Below are positions 1-10,299 of a stretch of DNA of 64,000 nt, in pieces. Position 1 is the stretch's first letter; each line of letters opens with the position of its first letter. The stretch comes from a virus (Duplodnaviria; Caudoviricetes): positions 32,001 through 96,000 of the IMG/VR virus record IMGVR_UViG_3300036797_000054, one strand, 5' to 3'. The notes beneath the pieces are model-generated. The model was not told where the DNA came from. It ran no database searches and worked only from the letters and a program-made list of their open reading frames with translations. The position numbers and the translations under genes are program-made.

Positions 1-1
1 G

Positions 2-703
2 CAGCAGACGATTGGTCAGCAAGCAGCGTCGGCGGCACGCGCAGCCGCAGCGGCAGAAGCACAAAAGACGCGGGAATCAATGCAGAAACGGGAAGCGAAA
101 CGCAAGATCGAAGGCAAGTCCCCGAGCTCGTCGTCAACGTCGAGTCGCAGCGGCAGCTCGTCCTCGACCAGCGAACGCTCCGCACTGAAGGCAGCGGAAA
201 AGATCGCGCACGACGCTGGCAATCAGAGGCTTGCCGAATCGCTGCGCAAACAGCTCCAACAGCTCCCCAGCTCGGGCGCGAGCAAGAGCGCGAGCAAAGC
301 TGCTGCGAACAAGATCACCAACGACATCACCGGCGAATCGTGGACAGGACAGCTCAACGTCAAGGAAGACCTGCACGCAGGCGTCGGCATGGAAGCGGGC
401 AAGCCCGCGAGCCCCGCGGTGGGGTTGTTGCAATCCAAGTTGCAGGCGCTCGGCTACAACGTCGGCTCCGCCGGTGTCGATGGCAAGTTCGGCAAATCGA
501 CTCAGGTTGCCGTCAAGGTGCTGCAACGCGAATACGGGCTGAAGCCCGATGGCATCGTGGGACCGCAGACGTTGCAGCTCCTCGAAACGCTCACTGAACG
601 CGCGCAGCGCTGGGCCAAGCAGGGCATCATCGAGGCCGAGGTATTGGTAGGCGAGAGCGTCGTAGCCGCCGCACGCGCCGCCGTCAACTGCGCTCTGGCC
701 TGA
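2..703 (+). CDS. peptidoglycan-binding domain protein in head module (5' partial; frame open from window start)
   Basis: PG_binding_1-like motif AVGLLQSKLQALGY..VDGKFGKSTQVAVKVLQREYGLKPDGIVGPQT; no stop in frame from position 2. Confidence 0.75.
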   Translation, partial: QQTIGQQAASAARAAAAAEAQKTRESMQKREAKRKIEGKSPSSSSTSSRSGSSSSTSERSALKAAEKIAHDAGNQRLAESLRKQLQQLPSSGASKSASKAAANKITNDITGESWTGQLNVKEDLHAGVGMEAGKPASPAVGLLQSKLQALGYNVGSAGVDGKFGKSTQVAVKVLQREYGLKPDGIVGPQTLQLLETLTERAQRWAKQGIIEAEVLVGESVVAAARAAVNCALA

Positions 704-767
704 CGTTTCCCGACGCGCCTATCTGCGTCGGTTCATGCGTTTAGAGCACAGCACTTACCTTTGTCCC

Positions 768-2135
768 ATGCCGAATGAGTCACAGGCCGAGCGCGAGCAG
801 CTTCGGATCAGCGAGTCGGCCGTCATGCTCGGACTCGCCGAGGGCGAGGACCGCACCGAAGACGGCACCGTCCTGCTCCACCTGATGCGCCCGTGCCTCG
901 GCAAGGGCCGCGGCCGCCACATCTACGAGGCGGACATGCTCCAGCATCACGCCGACAGCGGCCATTTCAACGACTGGCCGATGTTCGTGGACCACGAGTC
1001 ACCGGCGGCGCGCAAGAAGGCCGAAGGGCTGCCGCGCTCGCTACGCGACGTTGGTGGTCGCGTCGTGCGGACGTGGTGGGACCCGACGGTCGAGGCCGAC
1101 ACGAGCAAAGGATTCGGCAAGGGCGCAGTCGTCGCCGAGGCCAAGCCGGTGCCATGGGTGCACGAGCTGATCGAGCACGACCCGAAGCTGGTCAACGTCT
1201 CGCTCAACACCTTCGCCACCGGCGTGCGCCCCAAGAGCGTCGGCGGCAGGCCCGCATACGTGGTCGAGGGATTCGCCGACAAAGGGAGCGCCGACTGGGT
1301 GACGCTCCCCGGCGCGGGCGGTCGCGTCGTCCAGCTCCTGGAGGCCGCGATCGAGCAGGCCGACGACGACACGACGCCCGACGAACTGCTGGAGGGCTTG
1401 TCTGACGACGAGCTCGCCGCGCACATCCGTAAGCACCGGCCGCGAGTGGCCGAGGCAATCAACGACGAGCCAGGGGACTCTGGCGAGGAGGAGACAGACA
1501 TGGACCGCAAGGAGGTTCAGGAGGCCGCGATCGAGTCCCTGCGCACGGACGAGGGCAAGGCCGTTCTACAGGAAGTCGTCGCCGAGGCCGTGGAGTCAAG
1601 CGTCGGCGAGACGATCAAGAAGGTGCTCCCCGAGGCGATCGGTGCAGCCGCAGCGACGATCGAGGAGGGCGCACGCCGCGCCGCGAGCGCCGAGGTGCGC
1701 CAGGGCCAGCTCGCCACGCGTGCGCACAAGAAGATCGTGGAGGCCAAGCTGCCCGAGCGCTTCGAGCAGTCCGCGCTGAGCCGCTTCGAGCGCGTCAACC
1801 TGGAGGACACGGTGGACGACGAGTCGGGCGATGTCACGGAGACGGCCGAGCAGAAGCTGGACGCGCTGGTCGAGGCCGAGATCAAGGAATCTCGCGAGCT
1901 CGTCGCCTCGGTCAACCCGACGGCGGTGCGCGAGAACGGCGACGGCGGCGGCGAGGACGACGTGACCGAGAACGGCGACAAGCCCGACACGAGCCACATG
2001 CGCCACCAGCTCCAGGAGGCGGGCATCGACTGGAGGACCGCCTACGGCGTCACCGAGTCCGAGGAGACGCCCGAGGAGAAGAAGGACAAGGGCGGCAAGG
2101 ACGAGGAGCGCGAGGCCGAGGGCGCGGCGGCGTAG
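768..2135 (+). CDS. capsid maturation protease / scaffold fusion
   Basis: N-terminal phage protease-like motifs (MFVDH..RSLRDVGG, VSLN, SADWVTLPGAGGRV) followed by acidic helical scaffold; directly upstream of cement and capsid genes. Confidence 0.75.
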   Translation: MPNESQAEREQLRISESAVMLGLAEGEDRTEDGTVLLHLMRPCLGKGRGRHIYEADMLQHHADSGHFNDWPMFVDHESPAARKKAEGLPRSLRDVGGRVVRTWWDPTVEADTSKGFGKGAVVAEAKPVPWVHELIEHDPKLVNVSLNTFATGVRPKSVGGRPAYVVEGFADKGSADWVTLPGAGGRVVQLLEAAIEQADDDTTPDELLEGLSDDELAAHIRKHRPRVAEAINDEPGDSGEEETDMDRKEVQEAAIESLRTDEGKAVLQEVVAEAVESSVGETIKKVLPEAIGAAAATIEEGARRAASAEVRQGQLATRAHKKIVEAKLPERFEQSALSRFERVNLEDTVDDESGDVTETAEQKLDALVEAEIKESRELVASVNPTAVRENGDGGGEDDVTENGDKPDTSHMRHQLQEAGIDWRTAYGVTESEETPEEKKDKGGKDEEREAEGAAA

Positions 2136-2179
2136 TCGGCGACACGACCAGGAGACTCTGAGAGGAGAACCGAACCACC

Positions 2180-2572
2180 ATGACCGTCATCCGCCCAGGC
2201 CGCGGTATCCACATCGTCGCGAACAAGCTGCTCACGCACGCCGCCCCGCACTATCAGGGCGGACTCGTCGGCATCGTGCAGAAGCAGGACGAGCCCAAAG
2301 CGTTCGACTCGCTTGCCTCGCGCACGCAGGTTCAGAACGGCGTCAAGTACTTCCTGATCACCAAGGGCGAGACGGAGCTGCCCGCGCTCGCGGGCGCGAC
2401 CGTCGGCCAGGCCGTGTTCATCAACACGACCACCGATGCTCTCACGCTGACGCAGGGCACCGGCGAAACGCTGCCCTTCGGCCGCGTCACCAACTTGCCC
2501 GGCACGTTCGGGCTCAACTCCACGACGATGCGCGTGGACATGGACCTGAAGGACGACATCACGGTCAAATAG
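2180..2572 (+). CDS. capsid cement/decoration protein (DUF2190-like)
   Basis: 130 aa, beta-rich, KGETELPALAGATVGQAVFI pattern; between scaffold and major capsid genes. Confidence 0.6.
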   Translation: MTVIRPGRGIHIVANKLLTHAAPHYQGGLVGIVQKQDEPKAFDSLASRTQVQNGVKYFLITKGETELPALAGATVGQAVFINTTTDALTLTQGTGETLPFGRVTNLPGTFGLNSTTMRVDMDLKDDITVK

Positions 2573-2634
2573 GCCGTGATGACGCTTTTTCGATCAAGCC
2601 CACCGCGAGAACCAAGAGAGGAACCGGAACGCAA

Positions 2635-3750
2635 ATGACCGCAACTGCCACACCAACGCGGAGCAAGTTCGGCCGTTGGGGTCGTCCGCTCCAGATCTTC
2701 GAGGCGTTCATGGAATGGGGCCAGGACCCCGAGATCCAGGCCGCCATTCAGGAGACGGAGACGCGCGCCGACTTCGCCGAATTCCTGATGGGTGCGATCC
2801 GCACCACGATGCTCCAGGGCTACCAGTACGCGGCCCCGCAGTGGGACAAATACATGGGCGTCGAGTCCGCGCAGGACTTCCGCGAACACCGGGCGAAGGG
2901 GCTGTCCGGCATGAGCGGCATCCACCACGTCGGGGAGATCGGGGAGTACAAGGAAATGCGGCGCGCGCGTCGTCCCATCGCGAGCTACGCGGTGGACACC
3001 TACGGCGCGACTTACAGCATCTCCCGGCACCTGATCATCAACGACGACATGCGCCAGATCATGTCCACGACGCCCGAAGAGATGGGCAAGGCCATGGGCC
3101 GGTTCGTCGCACGCACCGGCGTCGCCCTGATCGAAGGCAACCCGACCGCGCCCGACGGCAAAGCGACGTTCTCCACCGAACGCGGCAACGAAACGACCGA
3201 AGCGCTCTCCGAGGAATCGATCGCGGCGATGTTCACCGCGATGGAGAACCAGTTCGATGAGAACGGTGATCAGATCACGCTGACGCCGAAGGTGCTGGCC
3301 GTCAAGAACCTCACGCTCCAGCTCATCGCGAAGCGCATCGTGCGCTCGCAGGAGACGGGCACGAACATCCAGTACGCCGCCTCGGGCTCCGGGCCGACCG
3401 CAGGTAGCGCCGGGCTCGGGACCAGCCGCTTCGACAAGGGCACGGTCAACCCGCTGGCCGGGATGCTGGACGAGCAGGAAGGCGTCATCCGCGATCCCTA
3501 CTTCCAGGACGCGAACAACTACTACCTGTTCGCCGACGCTGGCGAAAACCCGGCGTTCATCATGGCGTTCCTCAACGGCAACCGCGACCCGTTCCTCGGG
3601 ATGCGCAACCCCGAGGCGCGCTCGGCCCTCCCCGGCGGCACCGACGACCCGTACAAGTTCGACATCGACGCGGTGGACTTCAAGATCAGGCACGACTTCG
3701 GCGCGGCGGTCATCGAACCGCGTGCGGTCGCTCGCGCTGTTGTCGCGTAG
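2635..3750 (+). CDS. major capsid protein (HK97 fold, Mu gpT-like)
   Basis: SAQDFRE..VGEIGEYK..SYAVDTYGATYSISRHLIINDD and C-terminal FKIRHDFGAAVIEPR motifs; size and synteny. Confidence 0.85.
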   Translation: MTATATPTRSKFGRWGRPLQIFEAFMEWGQDPEIQAAIQETETRADFAEFLMGAIRTTMLQGYQYAAPQWDKYMGVESAQDFREHRAKGLSGMSGIHHVGEIGEYKEMRRARRPIASYAVDTYGATYSISRHLIINDDMRQIMSTTPEEMGKAMGRFVARTGVALIEGNPTAPDGKATFSTERGNETTEALSEESIAAMFTAMENQFDENGDQITLTPKVLAVKNLTLQLIAKRIVRSQETGTNIQYAASGSGPTAGSAGLGTSRFDKGTVNPLAGMLDEQEGVIRDPYFQDANNYYLFADAGENPAFIMAFLNGNRDPFLGMRNPEARSALPGGTDDPYKFDIDAVDFKIRHDFGAAVIEPRAVARAVVA

Positions 3751-3793
3751 GTCAACCCCGGCACGACTGAGACAGAGAGGAGCCACACCAACC

Positions 3794-4546
3794 ATGTCAG
3801 CGACAACGAGTCTGCCGGGCGTGACGCTCGACCCCAAGGCAGAGAACGAGCTGGAGGCCGCATTCGGCGTCACGAGCAATGCCGAGGAGCTGGTGCGTCA
3901 GAACGCAGCGCGGTTCACACCCGCGCAGCGTGAGGCGATGACGCAGCGCGTGGACGCTGCGCTCACCAGCACGCTCTACAAGGGCGACCGGAAGGTCCAG
4001 CTCGATGAGAACGGCCACATCCACTGGGGGCCGGACGCGGAGAACCGCGAATTCAAGGACGAGCTCGTCGAGGCGATCGGGCACCCCATCGAGGACGCCG
4101 TGGTCCGTGGCCGCGGCAGCCGCGCGGTGATCAGCTACATCTACCTCAGCCCGCGCAAGTCCTACGAGAAGGACATCATCCCCTACGGGGACGTGTTCGG
4201 CGATGGCCCGAAGCAGGCCGCGCGCACGCCGCAGGCCGCGGCCGACAGCGTGCTCAGCGAGGCTGAGCAGGAGGCCGAGAAGGTGCTGAGCGAGGCTCGT
4301 GCCGAGGCTCAGCGTCTCGCCGAGGAGGCAGCCGCCGAGGCTCAGCGTCTCGTGCAGGAGGCCGAGTCCGAGGCGCAGGGCATCCGCGAGCAGGCGCAGG
4401 AGGACGCACCCGCCGCCGCTGCCGAGGCTGAGCAGGAGGCCGAGAAGCCCGGCGACGGCGATGCTGCTGCGAAGCGCACCGCCGCACGCAGCGGCTCCTC
4501 GCGTCGCGGCAGCAGCCGAGGCTCAGGCGGCAGCAGCCGCAAATAG
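3794..4546 (+). CDS. hypothetical protein with Ala/Glu coiled coil
   Basis: GAGAGGA RBS upstream; EAEQEAEKVLSEARAEAQRLAEEA repeats. Confidence 0.6.
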   Translation: MSATTSLPGVTLDPKAENELEAAFGVTSNAEELVRQNAARFTPAQREAMTQRVDAALTSTLYKGDRKVQLDENGHIHWGPDAENREFKDELVEAIGHPIEDAVVRGRGSRAVISYIYLSPRKSYEKDIIPYGDVFGDGPKQAARTPQAAADSVLSEAEQEAEKVLSEARAEAQRLAEEAAAEAQRLVQEAESEAQGIREQAQEDAPAAAAEAEQEAEKPGDGDAAAKRTAARSGSSRRGSSRGSGGSSRK

Positions 4547-4579
4547 TCCGCGCGGCCCCGAGCCGCACACATCGTGGGT

Positions 4580-4608
4580 CAACGGGGCGCTCTTGTAGCG
4601 CCCCGTTG
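4580..4608 (+). terminator. perfect 12-bp hairpin after capsid genes (terminator/stability element)
   Basis: CAACGGGGCGCT-cttgt-AGCGCCCCGTTG; weak U tail. Confidence 0.55.
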
Positions 4609-4622
4609 TCTGAGAGGAACCA

Positions 4623-5273
4623 GTGCAGCAGCCGACGAGCCAGAACATCCGCCAGTGGACACCCCAGGTCGATTGGTCGCAGCTCGGCTACGCGGCGGGC
4701 ACGACGCCGGACTCGCTCGACCTGGAGACGGGCCTCGCGTGCGACTACGTGGCCTGGGTGACGGGACGGCTGCTGGATGAATCAATGCCGCCCGCGTTCG
4801 AGCGCATGGCGCAGAAGGCCGTCGTGCTGCGCGTCGAGCAACAGGTGAACCTCGACTCCGAAGAACAGCAGGAAGCGCTCAACGCCGGGCAGGCGCTGAA
4901 AGGGTTCTCGGTCACGGGCTACTCCGAGCAGTACGTTGACCCCGGCGACGCGTCCAAGAGCCAGCGCGAAGGGATGATGATCAACCCCAACGCTGAGCTC
5001 AACAGGCTGCTGTGGGCGCTGTGCACGCCCGAACGGATGGCGTGGTGGCGTGGTTTCCTCTCCGACGGCGGGATTCCCGCCTACGGCGTCGTGGAGATGG
5101 ACTGGTCGGGCGCAAACCGTTGGGGTGGCTACCCCGATGCCCTGGGCGGCGGTCTACCGGGCGACATGCCCGGCATCGGCAGCGGCTCGATCGACGGCTG
5201 GCCTGTGTACGGAGGCTGGCCGCACGGCTCGAACGACACGATCGTGATCGGCGGCGAAGCAGGAGTCTTCTGA
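4623..5273 (+). CDS. head-tail adaptor protein
   Basis: synteny; helical N-terminus then LKGFSVTGYSEQY strand typical of gp6/gp15-like adaptors. Confidence 0.55.
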   Translation: MQQPTSQNIRQWTPQVDWSQLGYAAGTTPDSLDLETGLACDYVAWVTGRLLDESMPPAFERMAQKAVVLRVEQQVNLDSEEQQEALNAGQALKGFSVTGYSEQYVDPGDASKSQREGMMINPNAELNRLLWALCTPERMAWWRGFLSDGGIPAYGVVEMDWSGANRWGGYPDALGGGLPGDMPGIGSGSIDGWPVYGGWPHGSNDTIVIGGEAGVF

Positions 5274-5830
5274 TGAGCCTGCGACGCGCCTGTGTGGACA
5301 AAGCGCGCGCGGTCTACGACGTGGAGGACCCGGCCCAGCCGTGGATCGAGGGCGAACCGTGGGCCGAACAGCAGCTCGGGCCGTGGTTTCGCTGTCGCCT
5401 GACCGTCCAGCAGCCGACCGAGGGCACCGGCGTCGCCGGTATGCGAGGCATGGCGGCGCGCGGCTACCACCGCATGGAAGGCGAGGCGCACCTGCTGCTG
5501 CTGCCGGTCTATGAAGACGGCAGCTCGCTGACCGATGGCCGCCCCGGCGTTGGCGAATTCCTGGCCTTTGACGACATGATGATGCTCCAGGTCATCTCCG
5601 AGGCCAGCGCCGACGAGCTGTGGCACGTCAGCACCGGCATCCAGCCGATCCGCAAGCTCAAGCGCGTGATCGGCTTCGAGGTCGGTCTGCGGCGCGCACG
5701 CGAGCCGCGCGTGGTCGAGGGGCCGTTGCCAACTGAGGGATCGCCGCGGCCGACACCTCTAGTAGGTGCTGTGGATCTCCGCGAGCGAGCGCTGCGTACC
5801 CTGAACCGTGGCGGCGAGGTGGGGCTGTAG
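5273..5830 (+). CDS. head closure/stopper protein
   Basis: TGATG coupling; synteny in neck module. Confidence 0.45.
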   Translation: MSLRRACVDKARAVYDVEDPAQPWIEGEPWAEQQLGPWFRCRLTVQQPTEGTGVAGMRGMAARGYHRMEGEAHLLLLPVYEDGSSLTDGRPGVGEFLAFDDMMMLQVISEASADELWHVSTGIQPIRKLKRVIGFEVGLRRAREPRVVEGPLPTEGSPRPTPLVGAVDLRERALRTLNRGGEVGL

Positions 5831-6316
5831 ATGCCGTACGCCGATCCCGCAGCCCGCAAAGCCTTTGCGAAACGGAGCTATGCCGCAAAGCGTGAGGAGG
5901 TCAAGGCCGCACGACGAGCACGCCACGAACGGCAGCGCGCCGCAGAGAATGCCACCGAGAAAGCGCGTCGGGAGGCGGATCGCGAGCACTACCGTGCGCT
6001 TGCGCGTGCTGGCTATCGCCGACGCAATCCGACGATTCAGCGTGTTACATGCCATACCCCCGAGGAGCGTCGGGCGCGAGTACGGCAACGCAAACAAGCT
6101 CGGCGAGCTCGTGAACGCGATCAGTTCGTGGAGCAGGTTGATCCGCATATCGTGTTCGAGCGTGACGAGGGAATCTGTGGCATCTGCCACTGCGCAGTCG
6201 ATGTTGCTGACTACCACGTCGATCATGTGATCCCGCTCGCACGCGGCGGCGAGCACAGCTACGCAAACGTACAGGTCGCGCATCCCACCTGCAATCGGCG
6301 CAAGGGGGCGCGCTGA
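5831..6316 (+). CDS. HNH endonuclease
   Basis: CGICH..HVDHVIPLARGGEHSYANVQVAHPTCNRRKG. Confidence 0.9.
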   Translation: MPYADPAARKAFAKRSYAAKREEVKAARRARHERQRAAENATEKARREADREHYRALARAGYRRRNPTIQRVTCHTPEERRARVRQRKQARRARERDQFVEQVDPHIVFERDEGICGICHCAVDVADYHVDHVIPLARGGEHSYANVQVAHPTCNRRKGAR

Positions 6317-6843
6317 TGTCATACGAGCAAGAGGGCGATCTGATCGCCATGTTCGACCCCGAGCTCTCGCGGCGCGCGACCTACAAGATGGCCGACGCGG
6401 GCGGCGACTGGCTGCTGGAGCGCGTCATCGCGAACACGCCGGTCAGCTACACCGGCCTCGCGCTCCAGTTCGGCGGCTTCACGCCAGCGCGCACACCCGG
6501 CACGCTCAAGCGCTCGTGGAAACGCGGCCCCGTCGAGCCGCGTGTCGGGGGCATCGACCCCGGCTTCGAGGTCAAGGTCGATACGCACGACCCGATCGCG
6601 GCCTACGTCGAGTGGGACACGCGCCCGCACATCATCCGACCGCGCACCCCCGGCGGTCGCCTGCGCTTTCGCACATGGCCCACGGGCGAGCTCGTCTACG
6701 CGCGCGTCGTGCATCACCCCGGCACCAAAGGACAGCACATGATGAGCTTCGCCGCGCACGCCGCGACGTTGAACTTCGATCACATCGTGGATGAGCCTCT
6801 GCGCCACTGGGCGCGCGAGCAGCAGGCGAAAGTGAACGCCTGA
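6316..6843 (+). CDS. neck/tail completion protein (HK97 gp10-like)
   Basis: NTPV..GTLKRSW..AAYVEWDTRPHIIRP..VHHPGTKGQH motif. Confidence 0.7.
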   Translation: MSYEQEGDLIAMFDPELSRRATYKMADAGGDWLLERVIANTPVSYTGLALQFGGFTPARTPGTLKRSWKRGPVEPRVGGIDPGFEVKVDTHDPIAAYVEWDTRPHIIRPRTPGGRLRFRTWPTGELVYARVVHHPGTKGQHMMSFAAHAATLNFDHIVDEPLRHWAREQQAKVNA

Positions 6844-7451
6844 TGCGTACCCGCGAGGATGCGATCCGCTCGACCCGTCGCTACATCGCCTCGGCGCTCG
6901 GCTCTCCGCCGTGGCGCGTGCGCATGGACATGGACGGCCGCTTCAAGCGACCGACCGCGCTCGTGCAGTTGCCCAACCCCGCGGGCTGGACGCCAGGCGG
7001 CGTGGACACGGTGCGGGGCACCGCGGCGATCACCGTGCAGCTCTTCCCCGAGATCGGCACGACGAGCTCGGAGAGCAAGATTCTCGCCGAGCGCGCTGCC
7101 GATCTGCTCAGCGACGCGCTGCTGCTCGGCGTGCCCGACGCGCACGACCCCACCGTCGTCGGCCACCGCGAGCTGATCCCGCTGTGGGATTACACCGACA
7201 CCGAAGGCAATCCGCTCCCGCTCGACGAAGGGCCGCAATCAATCGCGACCAAACGCACGCCTCGGGATTTCCTCATCGTCGCCCCCGGCTGGACGTTCCA
7301 GACGATCGCCGAGGCACCCGATGACCAGCTTTACACCACCATCGGCGAGTTGCGCGTGCAGTGGTTTAGAAATGCTCGCCTAATCTCTGATGGGCCAGTG
7401 CTCAAAGAGGTTTTCGTAGACCCCGTTCCCGACGTGACGATCACGGTCTGA
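6843..7451 (+). CDS. tail terminator protein
   Basis: synteny immediately before sheath; TGATG coupling. Confidence 0.5.
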   Translation: MRTREDAIRSTRRYIASALGSPPWRVRMDMDGRFKRPTALVQLPNPAGWTPGGVDTVRGTAAITVQLFPEIGTTSSESKILAERAADLLSDALLLGVPDAHDPTVVGHRELIPLWDYTDTEGNPLPLDEGPQSIATKRTPRDFLIVAPGWTFQTIAEAPDDQLYTTIGELRVQWFRNARLISDGPVLKEVFVDPVPDVTITV

Positions 7452-7460
7452 GAGGTTTCG

Positions 7461-7874
7461 ATGGCAGAGACAACGCAGCGCAGCCGAGCCAAAAGGACGC
7501 AGGCCAAGCCCGATCGCACCGAGGAGACGCCCGAGGAGGCAACCACCGAGGAGACGGCCGAGAACGGCGAGGCCCAGGAGCACGAGCAGCCCCAGGGCGA
7601 GGGCACCGGCAGCGAGATCGTCGTGCCGGGACCGGCCGACCCGGACCCCGCGGGGCCGAGCGATGCGGGAGAGGCGGTCGAAGACCTGACCGAACCAATC
7701 GAAAAGAGCTTGCTGCTCAGCAGCAGCGACGCGCTGCGCAGCTACGACCCGGCAGTGGTGCGAGGCGTCCTCAAAGACGCGCCAGACCCGATCAGCATCG
7801 CCGACGCCCGGAAGCTCATCGAGGACTTCCTGACCGGCGTCGTCGCGCTCAACCCCGACGACGAGGAGGCGTAG
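7461..7874 (+). CDS. hypothetical acidic protein
   Basis: RBS GAGAGG; fills gap before sheath gene. Confidence 0.55.
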   Translation: MAETTQRSRAKRTQAKPDRTEETPEEATTEETAENGEAQEHEQPQGEGTGSEIVVPGPADPDPAGPSDAGEAVEDLTEPIEKSLLLSSSDALRSYDPAVVRGVLKDAPDPISIADARKLIEDFLTGVVALNPDDEEA

Positions 7875-7881
7875 TCCCGCT

Positions 7882-9378
7882 ATGAGCGGCATCTTCAACC
7901 CTTCGGCGCTCCCCGATTTGCCGGGCGTCTACACGGATTACGAGGCGGCACCGAACACGACGCTGCCGCCCTCTCCCGGTGGGATCGTCTCGCTCCCGCT
8001 CACCCACGACTGGGGTCCCGCGAACCAAGCGATCCTCCTGCGCTCGTTCGGCGAATGGGAGAAAGTCTTCGGCACCGACGAATCGGCTGGGCGCAGAGCC
8101 GTCTACATGGCGTTCCAGGGCGAGGGTTTGGAAGGCGCAGGCGGCGCGAGCGCGGTCTACGTCAACCGCATGGCGAGCGCCGAAGCTGCCGCTGCCACGA
8201 TCGCGCTCAAAAACCCGGCAGCCACGGCGGCGATCTCCGTCAGCGCGCGCTACAAAGGCACACGCGGCAACCGCTTCAAGGTCACGGCCTCGCCGATCGT
8301 GGAAGGCAAGCAGACGATCACGCTGCTCGACGGCACGGCCGAACTGGAATCGTTCCCCCTCGAAGTCGCCGAAACGGGCGCGCTCAAAAATCTCGTCGCG
8401 CTCATCAATGCCGTCTCGCCGTGGGTCGAAGCCGCGCTCACGACCGAGGGCACGACGGGCCTCGCCGCGGGCACGTTCGCGCTCGCGACCGGCAACGACG
8501 GCGCGACGCTGGTCGGTGCGGACTGGCTCGCAGGAGTGCAGGCGTTCAACGACGTGGACTTCGCCTACCTCGCGCCGTTCGACCTGCCATGGGCACCCGG
8601 CACGCCCGGCAAAACCGTGCGCGAAACGATCAGCTCGCTCCAGGCATGGTGCGACGAACAGTGCAACGCGGGCCACCGCTTCACGATCGTGTTCGGCGGC
8701 GCGCTCGAAGAGGAACCGACCACGGCTGTCAGCCGCGCGCTGGAACTGAAAGACCCGGTGGTGATGACCGTGGGCGGCCCCGGCCTCACCGACGAAGTGT
8801 TCGGCAAGCTCTCCAGCTCGCAGCTCGCACCTCGCATTGCTGGTATCCGCGCGCAGCGCGGCGAGACGCAGAACGCTCACTTCGCGCGTCTCGCAGGCAC
8901 GCTGCCGCTACCCAAGGCCAGCGGCTCGGCGGTCACGCTCAACGAGTACGAGGAGATGGTCGGCGCAGGCGTCATCGCGCTCCAGCGCGACCGCTACGCG
9001 GCTGCGCCGACGCGCATCGTCAAGGACGTGAACACCTGGCAGCCCGCAGACCGCACCACGCAGAACGAAGAACGGCCGCGGAACATCTACGGCAACCCCA
9101 AGATGGTGCAGTCGATGCAGCAGTTCGCCAACGAAGCCGAGCAGGACATGGCGGTGGAGATGATCGGCAAGGTCGTCGTCAACAACACCACGCGCGGCAT
9201 CATCGCTGCGCGCGTACTCAAGCTCGCTCAGCCGCGCATCAAAACAGGAGCGTTCCAGCCCGGCGTCAAGGTGACGCCGGAACCGGGGTCCGACTCGGAC
9301 GACTTCGTGATCTTGAAAGTCGAAATCGCCTTTGGGCGCGCGCTGGCGCAACTGTTCCTCAAAGCCACCGTGAGCTGA
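7882..9378 (+). CDS. contractile tail sheath protein
   Basis: LPGVY..WGP N-terminus, SARYKGTRGN, RIVKDVNT C-terminal sheath motifs; 498 aa. Confidence 0.88.
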   Translation: MSGIFNPSALPDLPGVYTDYEAAPNTTLPPSPGGIVSLPLTHDWGPANQAILLRSFGEWEKVFGTDESAGRRAVYMAFQGEGLEGAGGASAVYVNRMASAEAAAATIALKNPAATAAISVSARYKGTRGNRFKVTASPIVEGKQTITLLDGTAELESFPLEVAETGALKNLVALINAVSPWVEAALTTEGTTGLAAGTFALATGNDGATLVGADWLAGVQAFNDVDFAYLAPFDLPWAPGTPGKTVRETISSLQAWCDEQCNAGHRFTIVFGGALEEEPTTAVSRALELKDPVVMTVGGPGLTDEVFGKLSSSQLAPRIAGIRAQRGETQNAHFARLAGTLPLPKASGSAVTLNEYEEMVGAGVIALQRDRYAAAPTRIVKDVNTWQPADRTTQNEERPRNIYGNPKMVQSMQQFANEAEQDMAVEMIGKVVVNNTTRGIIAARVLKLAQPRIKTGAFQPGVKVTPEPGSDSDDFVILKVEIAFGRALAQLFLKATVS

Positions 9379-9403
9379 CCTACTCAGATCGGAGCAGAGA
9401 CAC

Positions 9404-9985
9404 ATGGGCGCAAATCCAGGGACCATCGGCATCGACACGAACGCCTCGCTGAACGAAGCGCTATGGCGTTTCGGCGGGATGCACGGTCGCGTGCTCGACC
9501 TGAAAGGCAACCTCCTGCACGAGGCGATCTCGCTGTCGGCCGACGTGAACGTCGCGAAAATCAGCGTCGCCCTCGCGGGCACCGACCGCACGGGGTTCAA
9601 GCCTGGGCGGCAGACGCGAGAAGGCACGCTGACCGTCCAGAAGCTCGACACGGCGTGGGAGCTGAACATCTACCGCTGGCTCAACATGAGCCTGGACGAA
9701 CAGCGTGCGCTGCGCGGCAGCGACGAAGCGCTCATGCGCCCGTTCTCGCTGATCATCGAACACGACGACCCCGGCGCGCTCGGCTACGAGCAGTGGCAGG
9801 TGGACGGCTGCCTGATCTGGCAGATGTCCATCGCGATGAACATCGGCGAAGAACTGCTCCAGAAACAAATCCCGATCTCCTGGGAGCGCGAGACGCCACT
9901 GCACGCCTTCGAACGCACGGGCCAGATCGCCTCGAACGGTCTGCCTGCGGTGCAGTACGTCGGAGTGCTCGACGGGCCAGCGTGA
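9404..9985 (+). CDS. tail tube protein (XkdM-like)
   Basis: follows sheath; GTLTVQKLD..DPGALGYEQWQVDGC..IPISWE pattern. Confidence 0.75.
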   Translation: MGANPGTIGIDTNASLNEALWRFGGMHGRVLDLKGNLLHEAISLSADVNVAKISVALAGTDRTGFKPGRQTREGTLTVQKLDTAWELNIYRWLNMSLDEQRALRGSDEALMRPFSLIIEHDDPGALGYEQWQVDGCLIWQMSIAMNIGEELLQKQIPISWERETPLHAFERTGQIASNGLPAVQYVGVLDGPA

Positions 9986-10281
9986 TCGACCACGCTGTCC
10001 TTGTGACGGAGCTACGCGGCCGCATCGCCGCAAAGCCCAACTGGGGGCGACAGGAGCTGCTGGTGCTCATGGCTGAGCTGGAGGTCGAGCACACTGTTCC
10101 CGAGGACGAGATTGATCGAGCGCTGAGGCTGACGATGCCCGCGGCGCTCGATTTGTTGTTCAACCGGATGCCCAGCTTCTTTGGGCACCTGGAGTCAGAG
10201 AGCGGACCAGCCTCTGGCGGCGGCGATTCGATTGCCGACCGCGATGCCTCGGTCGCTCACTCAACGATGGCCGTCAGGTGA
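9982..10281 (+). CDS. hypothetical protein
   Basis: GTGA overlap with tube stop; fills gap. Confidence 0.5.
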   Translation: MIDHAVLVTELRGRIAAKPNWGRQELLVLMAELEVEHTVPEDEIDRALRLTMPAALDLLFNRMPSFFGHLESESGPASGGGDSIADRDASVAHSTMAVR

Positions 10282-10299
10282 CGGCACGGGAGGTCAGAA

